NCBI GenBank assembly: GCA_016201905.1
Contig: JACQBQ010000001.1
Coordinates: 3,405 to 67,404, forward strand
Source: Candidatus Melainabacteria bacterium
GTDB lineage: Bacteria; Cyanobacteriota; Vampirovibrionia; 2-02-FULL-35-15
DNA length: 64,000 nucleotides
Direction of reading: 5' to 3'
Shown here: one piece after another, positions 10,366 to 20,501 of the stretch
How positions within the stretch are numbered: position 1 is the first letter of the stretch
How the letters are laid out: each line of letters begins with the position of its first letter
Program-made: the position numbers and the translations under genes
The notes under the pieces: model-generated
Seen by the model: only the letters and a program-made list of their open reading frames with translations
Database searches by the model: none
Told to the model about the DNA's origin: nothing

Positions 10366-10592
10366 GTTTTACTTATGATACTTTCTTTGTCTTTGGTTAT
10401 TTTAAAAATATTTGTTAGTGGATGAAGAAATGCAGCAATTGTTAAAATAGGTTTTCTTTTTAAGAGATTATAAACCCTATTCATTACGTCATTTATATTT
10501 TCTTGCCTGGCTCGTTTTTTAATTTCTTTTTTTAACTGTTTGAGCTCAACTTTTCTTTCAATTTCTTCTTCGAAAATTGGATTGTAAATCAT
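10362..10592 (-). CDS. Small basic hypothetical protein (76 aa)
   Basis: AAGAGG lies 9 nt upstream of the ATG. The ORF is convergent with the giant ORF and overlaps it by 4 nt. Confidence 0.35.
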   Translation of the reverse strand: MIYNPIFEEEIERKVELKQLKKEIKKRARQENINDVMNRVYNLLKRKPILTIAAFLHPLTNIFKITKDKESIISKT

Positions 10593-10878
10593 GGCCTTAT
10601 ACCTCTTTGTATTTTAATTGTCCTTCCTACATAGGCTTTAAGATTGTGATGTCACTAACTCAGGACCAACCCTAAACCTTTTATACCCATAATATAGATT
10701 TTTATGGTTATAGGACTGTTAAATTACCTAATAATTTTTTAGGACTAAACCTCTTTTTAAGCAGTCCACAGATAAGAAATTTCTGACGACCATTGCTTGT
10801 TTTGTCAGTTTAAAAAAAGAATTTGTCTCGAGGTGTTAAAGATTTGATTAAATAAAAAAGTTGCTAGAATAAACTTCT

Positions 10879-11610
10879 ATGACAAGAATTGATAATAGAA
10901 AAAGCGACGAACTTAGGCCAATGACGTTTAAATGCGATTTTGCTAAAAATGCTGACGGGTCTGTGCTTGTTGAACTTGGACAAACAAAGGTTCTGGTTAC
11001 AGCCATGATAGAAGAAAGAGTCCCGCAATTTTTAGAAGGCTCAAATAAAGGCTGGCTTACAGCTGAGTATTCTTTATTGCCAGGTTCAACAAAGCCAAGA
11101 AATGTCAGAGAAGTTACAAAAGGACGACCTTCAGGAAGAACAAATGAGATACAAAGATTAATCGGAAGAAGTTTAAGAGCTGCATTTGATTTAAATTCTT
11201 TGGGCCCACGAACAGTAGCAATTGATGCGGATGTAATTAATGCAGATGCTTCAACAAGAGTTGCCAGCATATGTGGAGGATATATTGCAGTCTATAAAGC
11301 ACTTTCTAAGTTAAAAAATAAAAGAATTATTTCTGAAATACCATTAATAGAACCAGTTGCTGCAGTTAGTGTTGGAATAGTAAATGGTGAGATACTTTTA
11401 GATCTTTCTTATAATGAGGACTCAAAGGCTGAAGTAGATTGTAATGTTGTTATGAACAAATCGGGTCAGATCATTGAATTACAAATGACTGCTGAAGGAA
11501 AACCGTTTAATCCAGAACTTGTAAATAAGTTTGTAAGTATGGCTTATAAAGGGATTAAAGAAATTATTCAAAAACAAATTCAAGTTACTGAACTGTCTCT
11601 TGTTTCCTAA
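10879..11610 (+). CDS. rph: Ribonuclease PH
   Basis: RNase PH motifs across the full length: RPMTFKCDFAKNADGSVLVELGQTKVLVTA, RPSGRTNEIQRLIGRSLR, DADVINADASTRVASICGGYIA. Confidence 0.9.
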   Translation: MTRIDNRKSDELRPMTFKCDFAKNADGSVLVELGQTKVLVTAMIEERVPQFLEGSNKGWLTAEYSLLPGSTKPRNVREVTKGRPSGRTNEIQRLIGRSLRAAFDLNSLGPRTVAIDADVINADASTRVASICGGYIAVYKALSKLKNKRIISEIPLIEPVAAVSVGIVNGEILLDLSYNEDSKAEVDCNVVMNKSGQIIELQMTAEGKPFNPELVNKFVSMAYKGIKEIIQKQIQVTELSLVS

Positions 11611-11780
11611 ACCTGATACTTATACACCAAAACATTTTTTAGTAACCAGGGTTATCTTTAATAATTTCATAAGCTTGAAATTTTAAGCTGTCTACCATGT
11701 TTCTCAAGAGGGATACCTGCAAAGCCAATATTAAAGATCTAGTTCAAACGAACGATACCTAAATCAGGAGTAGAAAGTTT

Positions 11781-12296
11781 ATGAAAAGGGTTGAAAGACT
11801 TTTTCTGGTCTCAATTATAGGATTTTTTTTATCTTTTAATAATTTTTTACTTGCTGAGGAAATAAAATATTCTTTTGGCCCGGTTTGTAAAAATGGAGAA
11901 GTCATTTGCCCTGACAAAAATGAAAAAGCAGTTTGTTTTTCTACAGATACAAGAATCCATTTAACAAAGATAATAATAAACGGTGAAATTAAAAATCAAT
12001 ATCAACCCAGCTGTGGTACTTATAACAACAATTTAATACCTATGTGCATTGATGAAGCTCGTCCTGACGAACAAGTTCCAAGCCATATTGTTATTGGTTG
12101 TGTTGAATTTCCGACTTGTACAATAAAAGAAAATAATAAATTAGTCTCAGTTTGTTCAGATGGAAAACTACCAACATGCCTTGGCGATGATGACGAGCCC
12201 AATTGTGATCCAGATGCTAATTCTGTTTGTAAGAAAGGTGTAGCAGTATGTGACTATAACTGGCAAGCAAGTGCATATAGTCCTTCTTATCAATAA
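11781..12296 (+). CDS. Secreted cysteine-rich small protein (171 aa, about 20 Cys)
   Basis: Signal peptide MKRVERLFLVSIIGFFLSFNNFLLA. Cys residues are regularly spaced through the mature part. Confidence 0.5.
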   Translation: MKRVERLFLVSIIGFFLSFNNFLLAEEIKYSFGPVCKNGEVICPDKNEKAVCFSTDTRIHLTKIIINGEIKNQYQPSCGTYNNNLIPMCIDEARPDEQVPSHIVIGCVEFPTCTIKENNKLVSVCSDGKLPTCLGDDDEPNCDPDANSVCKKGVAVCDYNWQASAYSPSYQ

Positions 12297-12303
12297 TAAA
12301 GCT

Positions 12304-12510
12304 TTATAAAAGTCCTACACCTTTATCAAAATACTCTTTCATTAATTTTTTGATTTTTTCTCTCTGTTCTTCAGAACGTGCACGCTCAAGACACCATACA
12401 AAAGCTGTCCTTGGACTTACATTTCTTGTGGCACAAAACTTATCTATCTCAAGCTCACCGCTTAAGACTAAATCCAAATCTGATCCCATGTCTCTTCGTC
12501 TTGAGGTCAT
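12304..12510 (-). CDS. Small hypothetical protein (68 aa)
   Basis: The ATG is preceded by GAGG and by the conserved hairpin motif. Confidence 0.4.
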   Translation of the reverse strand: MTSRRRDMGSDLDLVLSGELEIDKFCATRNVSPRTAFVWCLERARSEEQREKIKKLMKEYFDKGVGLL

Positions 12511-12524
12511 AATTTTTTTACCTC

Positions 12525-12603
12525 GGAAAAATCTCGCTTTGAAACAAGATTTTTCCTTTTCCTTCCCGGCGCTCAGAATATTGCTTACCGCAACATTCTT
12601 TGC
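12525..12603 (-). promoter_or_regulatory. Conserved two-hairpin element, copy A, ending 14 nt before the start codon of the 68-aa ORF
   Basis: Minus-strand sequence GAATGTTGC-GGTAA-GCAATATTC ... GGAAAAATCT-TGTTTCAAAGCG-AGATTTTTCC, then GAGG and ATG. Confidence 0.5.
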
Positions 12604-12655
12604 TTATCTTATGCTGCTTTTTGAGTTAATCTCCTCCTCAAGCTTTTTTTATTAA

Positions 12656-12877
12656 TTATGCTGTTTTCTGAGTTAGTTTTCTTTTTAAACTCTCTTTATT
12701 AATGAGTTGTAGTGATTCATACAGTTCAAGAGTCCATTTCCCACGATTTTTCCTGGCGATTTTACGCATCTTGTCACGAATGCTTAATATATTTTTATCT
12801 GACCATTTTGAAAAATCGCCAAATTTTTTCTTACTGCCTTTATACAGTTTAATGGCCTTTTTAACTACATCTGCCAT
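12656..12877 (-). CDS. Small, very basic hypothetical protein (73 aa)
   Basis: ORF with an AT-rich promoter-like upstream region. No recognisable domain. Confidence 0.35.
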   Translation of the reverse strand: MADVVKKAIKLYKGSKKKFGDFSKWSDKNILSIRDKMRKIARKNRGKWTLELYESLQLINKESLKRKLTQKTA

Positions 12878-12971
12878 GTGAATACCTCCAGTGATTAGTT
12901 GATAATTGGTAATTTCCTAGATTATTATATTACGTAATAATGATGATAGTATACCTAATAGAAAACAAACA

Positions 12972-13700
12972 ATGAATAACCTTACACTAGAACTTGCTTA
13001 TCTCTATCCAAAACTTTTGAATATTTATGGAGATCGTGGCAATGTATTAACTTTGCTGTTTAGATGTAAAGCTAGAGGAATTAATTTAAATGTGTCAACA
13101 ATAGGACTTGGGGACAGGCTTGACCATGCAAAATTTGATATTTACTTTATTGGTGGAGGACAGGATCAGCAACAAATCCTGGTTTCAAATGATTTACAGA
13201 CTAAAAAAGAGGGCTTAGTTTCTGCAATAGAAAATAAAACTATTTTCTTAACTGTTTGTGGTGGGTATCAATTGCTTGGTAAGTATTACAAAACGCATGA
13301 TGGAACAGAGCTTAAGGGTATAGAAGCATTGGATCTTTTTACTGTTGCTGGAAGTAAAAGAATGATAGGAAATGTTTTATGCAAAGAGCTTGAGTCCGGT
13401 AAAACTCTTGTTGGCTTTGAAAATCATTCAGGGAAAACTTATTTAGCAAAATCATTAACACCGCTTGCAAAAGTCTTACGTGGTAATGGAAATAATAGTG
13501 AAGACGGTTTTGAAGGCGTAAGATATAAAAATGTTTTTGGAACTTACTTACATGGCTCGTTGTTACCAAAAAATTCACATCTTGCAGATAAAATCATTAG
13601 ACTTGCTTTGGAAAAAAAAGGATTACAAATGCCGGATTTGAAAGTAGACGATACGTTTGAGATGCTAGCTCATAAAAAAGCTGAACAGCTCAGCTACTAG
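12972..13700 (+). CDS. gatD: Lipid II isoglutaminyl synthase glutaminase subunit GatD (CobB/CobQ-like type-1 glutamine amidotransferase)
   Basis: Near-identical blocks to GatD as recalled from memory: TVCGGYQLLGKYYKTHDGTELKGIEALD, VGFENHSGKTY, YKNVFGTYLHGSLLPKN. No murT is adjacent. Confidence 0.75.
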   Translation: MNNLTLELAYLYPKLLNIYGDRGNVLTLLFRCKARGINLNVSTIGLGDRLDHAKFDIYFIGGGQDQQQILVSNDLQTKKEGLVSAIENKTIFLTVCGGYQLLGKYYKTHDGTELKGIEALDLFTVAGSKRMIGNVLCKELESGKTLVGFENHSGKTYLAKSLTPLAKVLRGNGNNSEDGFEGVRYKNVFGTYLHGSLLPKNSHLADKIIRLALEKKGLQMPDLKVDDTFEMLAHKKAEQLSY

Positions 13701-13703
13701 ACA

Positions 13704-13799
13704 TGTCATTGCGAGCCCGACTCAGGCGGGCGAAGCAATCCCAAATGTTTTCATATTACAATCTGGACTGCTTCATTGCTTATGCTCCTTGCAGTGACA
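13704..13799. repeat. GC-rich palindromic mini-element, copy 1 (termini TGTCATTGCGAGC...GCAGTGACA), in the convergent intergenic region gatD / M16 peptidase
   Basis: About 60% GC in a ~30% GC background. Shares the CGAAGCAATC module and terminal inverted repeats with the other copies. Confidence 0.7.
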
Positions 13800-13801
13800 A
13801 A

Positions 13802-15076
13802 CTACCCCAGGCTAAACTTTTTAGGCATTTCATTTCTTGGTCCAACTGCTGTAAGTGTGTAATATTTAGAATTAAATATTACATTTGCTAGTTTAATAAT
13901 TCTTTCATTGGTAATTAATTGTACCGAACTATTTATTTCATCTGGTGTTAAAAATCTCTTGTAGTATAAGTCATATAATGCATTTCTCGATGCTCTAACC
14001 ATTGTTGATTCGAGTTCAAGAAATAAGCTGGTTTTTAGTTGCATCTTTGCTCTTTCAAGTTCATCAGGCTTTAGCCCATCTTTTTTAACTGCATTTAACT
14101 CTTTTAAAATAAGCTCTATAACATGGCTTGATTCTTTGGCAGTAGTTCCTGCATAAACCCCAAATAGTCCACCTAATTTATTCGTGTGATAGTAAGAAGA
14201 AATTACATAAGCAAGGCCTCGCTTTTCCCTCACTTCTTGAAAGAGCCTTGAACTCATGCCTCCACCCATTGCAATGTCAATTACAGCCAGCGTATATCTT
14301 TCTTCATCGTAGACTGAAACACCTTTTGTAGCAAAGCTCAGATGGGTTTGTTCAATATCTTTGTCTTTAATGAATATATCTGGAGTTATTATTAATGGCG
14401 GTGCATCTTTCTTTTTGTTTTTGTTATTTATGTTAGAAGTGAGTTTTTCGGTTTTTTGTATAATTGCAGCCAGGTCATATTTACCAGCCAGTGAAATTAT
14501 CATATTATCAGGGGTGTAAAGATCACTTAAAAAATTGAATACTGATTTTTTCTTAAGGTTTGTAATTGATTCTATAGTTCCGGTAATTGGTTTTCCAAGA
14601 GGATGTCCTTTCCATACAACTTCATATAAGAGATCCTGAACAAGATCTTCAGGAGTATCTTCATACATTTTAATTTCTTCTAGGATTACTTGTTTTTCAA
14701 GGTCAAAATCGTTGTCCTGCATTCTTGAATTAAATAACATATCTAAGAAAAGCTCCAGTGCAACTAAAACATGTTCACTTAAGATCCGCGTATGGTAACA
14801 GGTATGTTCTCTGTCAGTAAATGCATTCAGGTTAGCTCCAACATTTTCACTTTGTTCGGCAATCTCTAAAGCAGTTCTTGTTTTTGTACCCTTAAAAATT
14901 ATATGTTCAATAAAGTGTGAAACGCCATTATTACTTACTTCTTCATCAATCGATCCTACGTTAATCCATATACTCAATGTGCATGATAATGCACCTGGAA
15001 TTTCTTCTGAAATTATTCTTAAGCCATTTTCTAAAGTTATTATTTTAGGTGGCTTGTAATTTGCTGAAGTTAACAT
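13802..15076 (-). CDS. M16 family (insulinase/pitrilysin-like) zinc peptidase
   Basis: Inverted zinc motif HFIEHIIFKGT (HxxEH), followed by NAFTDREHTCYH and a C-terminal inactive M16 domain. Confidence 0.85.
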   Translation of the reverse strand: MLTSANYKPPKIITLENGLRIISEEIPGALSCTLSIWINVGSIDEEVSNNGVSHFIEHIIFKGTKTRTALEIAEQSENVGANLNAFTDREHTCYHTRILSEHVLVALELFLDMLFNSRMQDNDFDLEKQVILEEIKMYEDTPEDLVQDLLYEVVWKGHPLGKPITGTIESITNLKKKSVFNFLSDLYTPDNMIISLAGKYDLAAIIQKTEKLTSNINNKNKKKDAPPLIITPDIFIKDKDIEQTHLSFATKGVSVYDEERYTLAVIDIAMGGGMSSRLFQEVREKRGLAYVISSYYHTNKLGGLFGVYAGTTAKESSHVIELILKELNAVKKDGLKPDELERAKMQLKTSLFLELESTMVRASRNALYDLYYKRFLTPDEINSSVQLITNERIIKLANVIFNSKYYTLTAVGPRNEMPKKFSLG

Positions 15077-15137
15077 TGGGGCTTTTGATTTTAGGGTTGC
15101 GATTTATAAGTAGTAATAAAATACTACTCGTAATCTT

Positions 15138-17108
15138 TTATTCCTTTGTTCTTAAAATATGCCAGTTTCTATTTACTGTTACTTTATCTACTGTTGGAGT
15201 AATTGTTACACTAATTTCATCATTAGCGCCATTTTCACATGTGACATTTACTGTAGCTGTATCTGAAACTTCATTGCTAATTAAATTCAGAGCTTCTGCC
15301 TTTGGAACTATCAGCATAAATGTTTTACTGGTCATTGAAGAGCTTAATGAAAACTTTGCTGGTCTGGTTTTTAAATGAGTATTATTTTCGCTTGATGTAA
15401 AAACCTTACATTTGCTGCTAGCTGAAAAATCTGTTGCCATGGCCATTATTGAAGCCTTGTTTGAACCTACTGGCTTTAGAATTATTGAGTCTGGTCCAGA
15501 TAAATTTAATACAGGTATTCCTTGAGAACCTCCCGACACAGTTAGTGCAAGTGTGTAAGGTGTAGTACCACTAAATGCACCCACACCGAGTAAATAAGTG
15601 CCTGCCATGAGTGATTTGGTGATTAATTCATCTACATTCCCTGTTTGACTAGAAGTATCTATAATTTCTGAGGCATTTGAATTAAATAAAACCAGATCAA
15701 GATCATTTCCAGGTGAATCACTTTCAAGAGTTAAAAGAGCATTAATACTTGTTGATTGTGTAAGGGTGAATTTAAAAATATCACTAATTGTAATCATGGC
15801 TCCAGTATCAGAACCAAGCTCTATATCACCTGTATCTGAAGATGAGCAATTGCCTAATATAGAAACTGGTGGAGTAATGACTTGTGCTTGTGCAACTGAA
15901 TCATTGGGCTCTTCTTCGTTTATTAGATTTGGAGATCCTGATGAACTGGTGCTTGAGCTTGAAGCTACGCTTTCTGAAGCAATAATATTTGCATTGCTTA
16001 TTGCCTGTCCTGCATGTACTGTGACAACCTGTGCTTTACTTTGATCAGTGGTAATTGGTAAGTCTGGTCCAGTGTAAAATCCTTTTGGTACAGGGTCTTG
16101 GAATGATTTATCTGTTTTACTTGCTGCAAATGGACCCACGCCTGAGCCTCCAGTGAAAGAAAGATCAATTGGCTCAAGTTCAATCCTATAATCTCCTGGT
16201 GGAACTGCAAATAGAGTATAAGAACCTGATTCGTTATTAAGGTAATCAGATACGGACGAAATTGCTTCTAGTGCGGGGTCATTTATATTTCTTGCAATTA
16301 CATTTGCACCTTGTACTATTGTCATTCCATTTGCTCTAAAAATCTTGCCTTCAATTTTTCCAAATCCTGTAAGTTGACTTTGATTTGGATATAACAATGA
16401 TACTGCTGATGCATCATCACGTCTGATTAAAAATAAATCATTTACAGCAACAGGAAACATTAATGGTACAGTATCTTTTATCGTTTGTGAGGAACCAGGC
16501 TTTATTGCTTCTAAGTTTATTTGTGCGTGGTCTAACCCAATGCCATGGCCAGTTTCATGGATAATAGTACCTTTAAGAGCATCAGGACTTGATTCAGGAT
16601 CAGAAGGTGTATCAATGCCATTTACAAATTTGCCGTTAAAAATTGCTTGAGATTCAGCAATCTGATTAACTAGAGGCCCTGAGCTTACTGTAATAGGTCC
16701 AGAAAGTCCAAGAACAGAATTGCCAGCACCATTTCCTAAGAAAGCATCAAGTAATTTTCCATCGGTGTCAAAAATTACAGGTGTATAACCTAAAAGATCC
16801 TGGGAATTTAATATCGGGTCAAAGTTTTTTTCAGTAACATCAACGTCTAATGAGCCGGGGTTATCACGCTCGAATTTTATTTCACCGGTTGGAACTGCCT
16901 GCCAGGACATATATAAACTTTCGATAATATCAATGGCTTCAGAATTTGAAAATGTTCCAAGTGTACCTTTGTCATATCTGTAAAGAAAAGGCCTTGTACC
17001 ATAAGTAACTGCCATTCCACCTTTTACTACAAGTGGACCACCAGCATATGCATTGCAATAGCTTGTTGCAATAAAAATTAGAATTATAAATAATAATATT
17101 TTCTTCAT
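15138..17108 (-). CDS. Secreted metzincin-type zinc metalloprotease with a carboxypeptidase-regulatory-like domain and a C-terminal PPC (pre-peptidase) domain
   Basis: Signal peptide. HETGHGIGLDH (HExxHxxGxxH) with a downstream Met-turn (LMFP). PPC-type block NEEEPNDSVAQAQ...DTGD...D.FKFTL. Confidence 0.65.
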   Translation of the reverse strand: MKKILLFIILIFIATSYCNAYAGGPLVVKGGMAVTYGTRPFLYRYDKGTLGTFSNSEAIDIIESLYMSWQAVPTGEIKFERDNPGSLDVDVTEKNFDPILNSQDLLGYTPVIFDTDGKLLDAFLGNGAGNSVLGLSGPITVSSGPLVNQIAESQAIFNGKFVNGIDTPSDPESSPDALKGTIIHETGHGIGLDHAQINLEAIKPGSSQTIKDTVPLMFPVAVNDLFLIRRDDASAVSLLYPNQSQLTGFGKIEGKIFRANGMTIVQGANVIARNINDPALEAISSVSDYLNNESGSYTLFAVPPGDYRIELEPIDLSFTGGSGVGPFAASKTDKSFQDPVPKGFYTGPDLPITTDQSKAQVVTVHAGQAISNANIIASESVASSSSTSSSGSPNLINEEEPNDSVAQAQVITPPVSILGNCSSSDTGDIELGSDTGAMITISDIFKFTLTQSTSINALLTLESDSPGNDLDLVLFNSNASEIIDTSSQTGNVDELITKSLMAGTYLLGVGAFSGTTPYTLALTVSGGSQGIPVLNLSGPDSIILKPVGSNKASIMAMATDFSASSKCKVFTSSENNTHLKTRPAKFSLSSSMTSKTFMLIVPKAEALNLISNEVSDTATVNVTCENGANDEISVTITPTVDKVTVNRNWHILRTKE

Positions 17109-17755
17109 TTTTTATTTACCAGATATCTGACTGCTTCAATAAACTCTCTATATCTCATGGACAATCCAAGCTCTGAGCAGCGGTGAACATAGTCATTTAC
17201 GAACTTATTATTTTCAATTGAAATCCTTTTTTGTGTTTTAAGATTTCTGCTTAATCCTTTGTTTCCAAGTCTGTTCCTTACGATCTCTCTTTTTAAAATG
17301 AAACCTTCTTCTAATATTTCAAAATAACCTTGCCCATCTGTGCCAATTGTACTTGTTAAGCCTCTGCTACTTTCAGGATATAAAAAAAGTACATATTTTT
17401 TCCCAATCTCATAACCAACAGATCTTGCAGTTGGCTGCCATTGTTTAAAAGTAATTTCGTTTTGATCATCTACACCTTTTATTCCTTCAGTAATTTTAAA
17501 TGTGTACTTAATCACTGGTAGATGTGATTCCGGATCGTTTTCAATTTCTTCAACGCCTGTACAAATCCCAGCAAAAATTTTTCCTGAGTATTTTATAATC
17601 TCTTCCAGATTCATTGGAATAGCTTCAAATATAAAATGTCTCTCAAGTTTTGGCTTAGATTTTTCAGGCTCATTTCCAAAAGATAAACCACAGTAAGAAA
17701 AGATAAATATAAACGAAATGAATAGTGTTGTTAGAAGTTTATTTATTTTTTTCAA
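17105..17755 (-). CDS. Secreted hypothetical protein, translationally coupled to the downstream metalloprotease
   Basis: 216-aa ORF with an N-terminal signal peptide. Its stop overlaps the protease start (ATGA). Confidence 0.5.
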   Translation of the reverse strand: MKKINKLLTTLFISFIFIFSYCGLSFGNEPEKSKPKLERHFIFEAIPMNLEEIIKYSGKIFAGICTGVEEIENDPESHLPVIKYTFKITEGIKGVDDQNEITFKQWQPTARSVGYEIGKKYVLFLYPESSRGLTSTIGTDGQGYFEILEEGFILKREIVRNRLGNKGLSRNLKTQKRISIENNKFVNDYVHRCSELGLSMRYREFIEAVRYLVNKK

Positions 17756-17901
17756 TTTTAATCTCCAGCAGTTGTAAACAGCTCTTAGGGTATTAATACC
17801 CGGCTCTTTGCTAAAGCTAACTTTTTAATGTAACTTTAAAGTCAAACAAATAAATAGGAGCTAGCCTAAGGTTATTTTGTTCCATATATAATTAAATCTG
17901 T

Positions 17902-20442
17902 ATGGTTACATCTTTTATTTTATATAATCCAAAACAAATTGAAAATAAATGGCAAAAACATTGGGAATCAACTCAGATTTATAAGGCTATTGATTTTGAT
18001 AGTAAACCTAAATACTACTCACTGGTAATGTTTCCATATCCAAGTGGGGATTTGCATATGGGCCATATGAGGGTTTACACGATTAGTGATGTTATCTCAA
18101 GACACAGACGCATGTGTGGTTTCAATGTACTCAATCCAATGGGTTTTGATGCATTTGGATTGCCGGCAGAAAATGCAGCTATTGAAAGAAAAATACCGCC
18201 TGCTGAATGGACACAAAAAAATATTGACTACATGAAAAACCAGCAGTTAAAAAGAATGGGTACAAGCTATGACTGGAGCCGTGAGGTAATTTCATGTAAT
18301 AGTGATTATTACAAATGGACACAGTGGCTATTTTTACAGTTTTATAAAAACAATCTTGCTTATCAGAAAGAAGCTCCGGTGAATTGGTGTACTAAGTGTC
18401 AAACCGTTTTAGCTAATGAACAGGTTGAAGACGGAATGTGCTGGCGTCACGATGATACACCTGTAGAAAGAAAGATGATGCGACAGTGGTTTTTGAAAAT
18501 CACTAATTATGCTGAAGAACTTTTAAGTGATCTTGATAAGTTAACCGGTTGGCCTGAGCGTGTAAAGTTAATGCAAAAAAACTGGATTGGGAAATCACTT
18601 GGAGCTGAAATTGATTTTTTAATAGATGGAAAACCAAATATTAAAATTCCTGTTTACACAACAAGACCTGATACAGCTTTTGGGATTACTTATCTGGTTT
18701 TAGCTCCTGAACATAATCTGGTTGAAAAGCTGTCAGGTGAGCAAAATAAATCAAAGGTTCAAGAGTATATAAAAAAGACAAGTCTATTATCTGAGATTGA
18801 AAGACTAGCAGAAGGAAAAGAAAAAACAGGTGTACCGCTTGGCAGTTTTGCAATAAATCCTTTTAACGGAAAGAAGATCCCTATATGGACTAGTGATTAT
18901 GTTCTTTTAGAGTATGGGACTGGGGCTGTAATGGGTGTGCCTGCTCATGACCAGAGAGATTTTGAATTTGCCAAAAAGTTTAAGCTTGAAATTAAACAAG
19001 TAATTTCACAGGATGGCTTGGAAAGGCAGTTGACAAGTGCTTATACAGATCCTGGAATTATGATTAACTCTGATATTTTTAATGGGCTGAGTAATGAAGA
19101 CGGAAAGAAGAAAATCATTGACCATGCAGAAAAAAATGGTTTTGGCAGGCATAAAGTAACCTATCGTTTGCGTGACTGGTTAATTAGCAGACAAAGATAC
19201 TGGGGATGCCCGATTCCAATTGTTTACTGTGCATCGTGTGGACTTTTGCCTGTAGAGGAAAATAGTCTTCCAGTTCTTTTGCCTGAAGGTGGCATTGAGT
19301 TTGCTGGGAGCGGAGGATCGCCACTTGAAAAATGTACTGAGTGGTTAAGTATTAATTGTCCACAATGCGGACAAAAAGCAAAAAGAGAAACCGACACCAT
19401 GGATACATTTATTTGTTCAAGCTATTATTACCTTCGCTATGCTGATGCAAATAATGACAAAAAAATCTTTGATAAAGAAAAAGTAAACTACTGGCTGCCT
19501 GTGGATCAATATGTAGGTGGAATTGAACATGCTATTTTGCATCTCTTATATTCCAGGTTTTTTACAAAGGCGCTCTACGACTTTGGTCTTTTAACTTTTG
19601 ATGAACCGTTTACAAATCTTCTTAGCCAGGGCATGGTAACGATGCATAGTCCTAAAGAAGGTAAGATTGCCAAAATGTCAAAGTCCAAAGGTAATGTTGT
19701 TGGTACTTCAGAGTTCTTTGATGAGTATGGTGCAGATGCTGCTAGATTATTTATTTTATTTGCAGCACCTCCTGAGCAGGAAGTAGAATGGTCAACACAG
19801 GGTGCTATAGGGCAGTATCGTTTTCTTGAAAGGATCTGGAGGTTATTTTTTAATTTAAAAGAAAACGCCAGCTTGCGAATTGTTGAGGCAATTCATGTAA
19901 AGGTAATTCATGAATTACCTCAACAGGGGCTACCTTTGCGAGACTTATACAGAATTGCAAACTATACTATTAAATCTGTCTCTGAAGATATTTCTGATAA
20001 AAAATATATTTTCAATACAGCTATTGCAAGGATGACTGAACTGGTTAATAATATGTACAAATTTATCCTGGACAAAAAATCTTATACAGATATTGAGTGT
20101 CAGGTATTAAGTTTTTCTTTTACAAATCTCATAAAACTTTTAGCACCATTTGCACCACATATTTCTGAAGAGCTTTGGGAAAAACTTGATGGACAGGATT
20201 CGATTCACAGGCAAAAATGGCCGACTTATGATAAGGAATCTTTAGTTACAGATGAAATAGAACTTGTTATTCAAATGGGTGGCAAAAAAGTTGATGTCCT
20301 TACTACTAAGAAAGGTCAATCGCAAAAAGAGCTTGAAAATATTGCATTGAATCAAGAAAAGGTAAAGGCAAAATTAGAAGGAAAAGAACTTGTAAAAGTT
20401 GTCGTAATTCCTGACAAGATTGTAAATATAGTCGTGAAATGA
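17902..20442 (+). CDS. leuS: Leucine--tRNA ligase
   Basis: HMGH ([11 protein letters not shown]) and KMSKS motifs, zinc-binding cysteines, and class I LeuS architecture along the full length. Confidence 0.95.
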   Translation: MVTSFILYNPKQIENKWQKHWESTQIYKAIDFDSKPKYYSLVMFPYPSGDLHMGHMRVYTISDVISRHRRMCGFNVLNPMGFDAFGLPAENAAIERKIPPAEWTQKNIDYMKNQQLKRMGTSYDWSREVISCNSDYYKWTQWLFLQFYKNNLAYQKEAPVNWCTKCQTVLANEQVEDGMCWRHDDTPVERKMMRQWFLKITNYAEELLSDLDKLTGWPERVKLMQKNWIGKSLGAEIDFLIDGKPNIKIPVYTTRPDTAFGITYLVLAPEHNLVEKLSGEQNKSKVQEYIKKTSLLSEIERLAEGKEKTGVPLGSFAINPFNGKKIPIWTSDYVLLEYGTGAVMGVPAHDQRDFEFAKKFKLEIKQVISQDGLERQLTSAYTDPGIMINSDIFNGLSNEDGKKKIIDHAEKNGFGRHKVTYRLRDWLISRQRYWGCPIPIVYCASCGLLPVEENSLPVLLPEGGIEFAGSGGSPLEKCTEWLSINCPQCGQKAKRETDTMDTFICSSYYYLRYADANNDKKIFDKEKVNYWLPVDQYVGGIEHAILHLLYSRFFTKALYDFGLLTFDEPFTNLLSQGMVTMHSPKEGKIAKMSKSKGNVVGTSEFFDEYGADAARLFILFAAPPEQEVEWSTQGAIGQYRFLERIWRLFFNLKENASLRIVEAIHVKVIHELPQQGLPLRDLYRIANYTIKSVSEDISDKKYIFNTAIARMTELVNNMYKFILDKKSYTDIECQVLSFSFTNLIKLLAPFAPHISEELWEKLDGQDSIHRQKWPTYDKESLVTDEIELVIQMGGKKVDVLTTKKGQSQKELENIALNQEKVKAKLEGKELVKVVVIPDKIVNIVVK

Positions 20443-20448
20443 CCTGTA

Positions 20449-20474
20449 GGGGCGTGCCAGTGGCGCGCCTTTCT
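20449..20474 (+). terminator. GC-rich hairpin (GGCGTGCC-AGT-GGCGCGCC) followed by TTTC immediately after the leuS stop; possible terminator or attenuator
   Basis: A 7/8-bp GC stem inside an AT-rich context; only a short T-run follows. Confidence 0.3.
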
Positions 20475-20501
20475 AATACATTAAGGAAAAATAGAATAAC
20501 A

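Noticed and set aside
13703-13891. 62-aa ORF after gatD
   Set aside because: It translates the GC-rich repeat plus the antisense of the M16 peptidase 3' end; no independent support.
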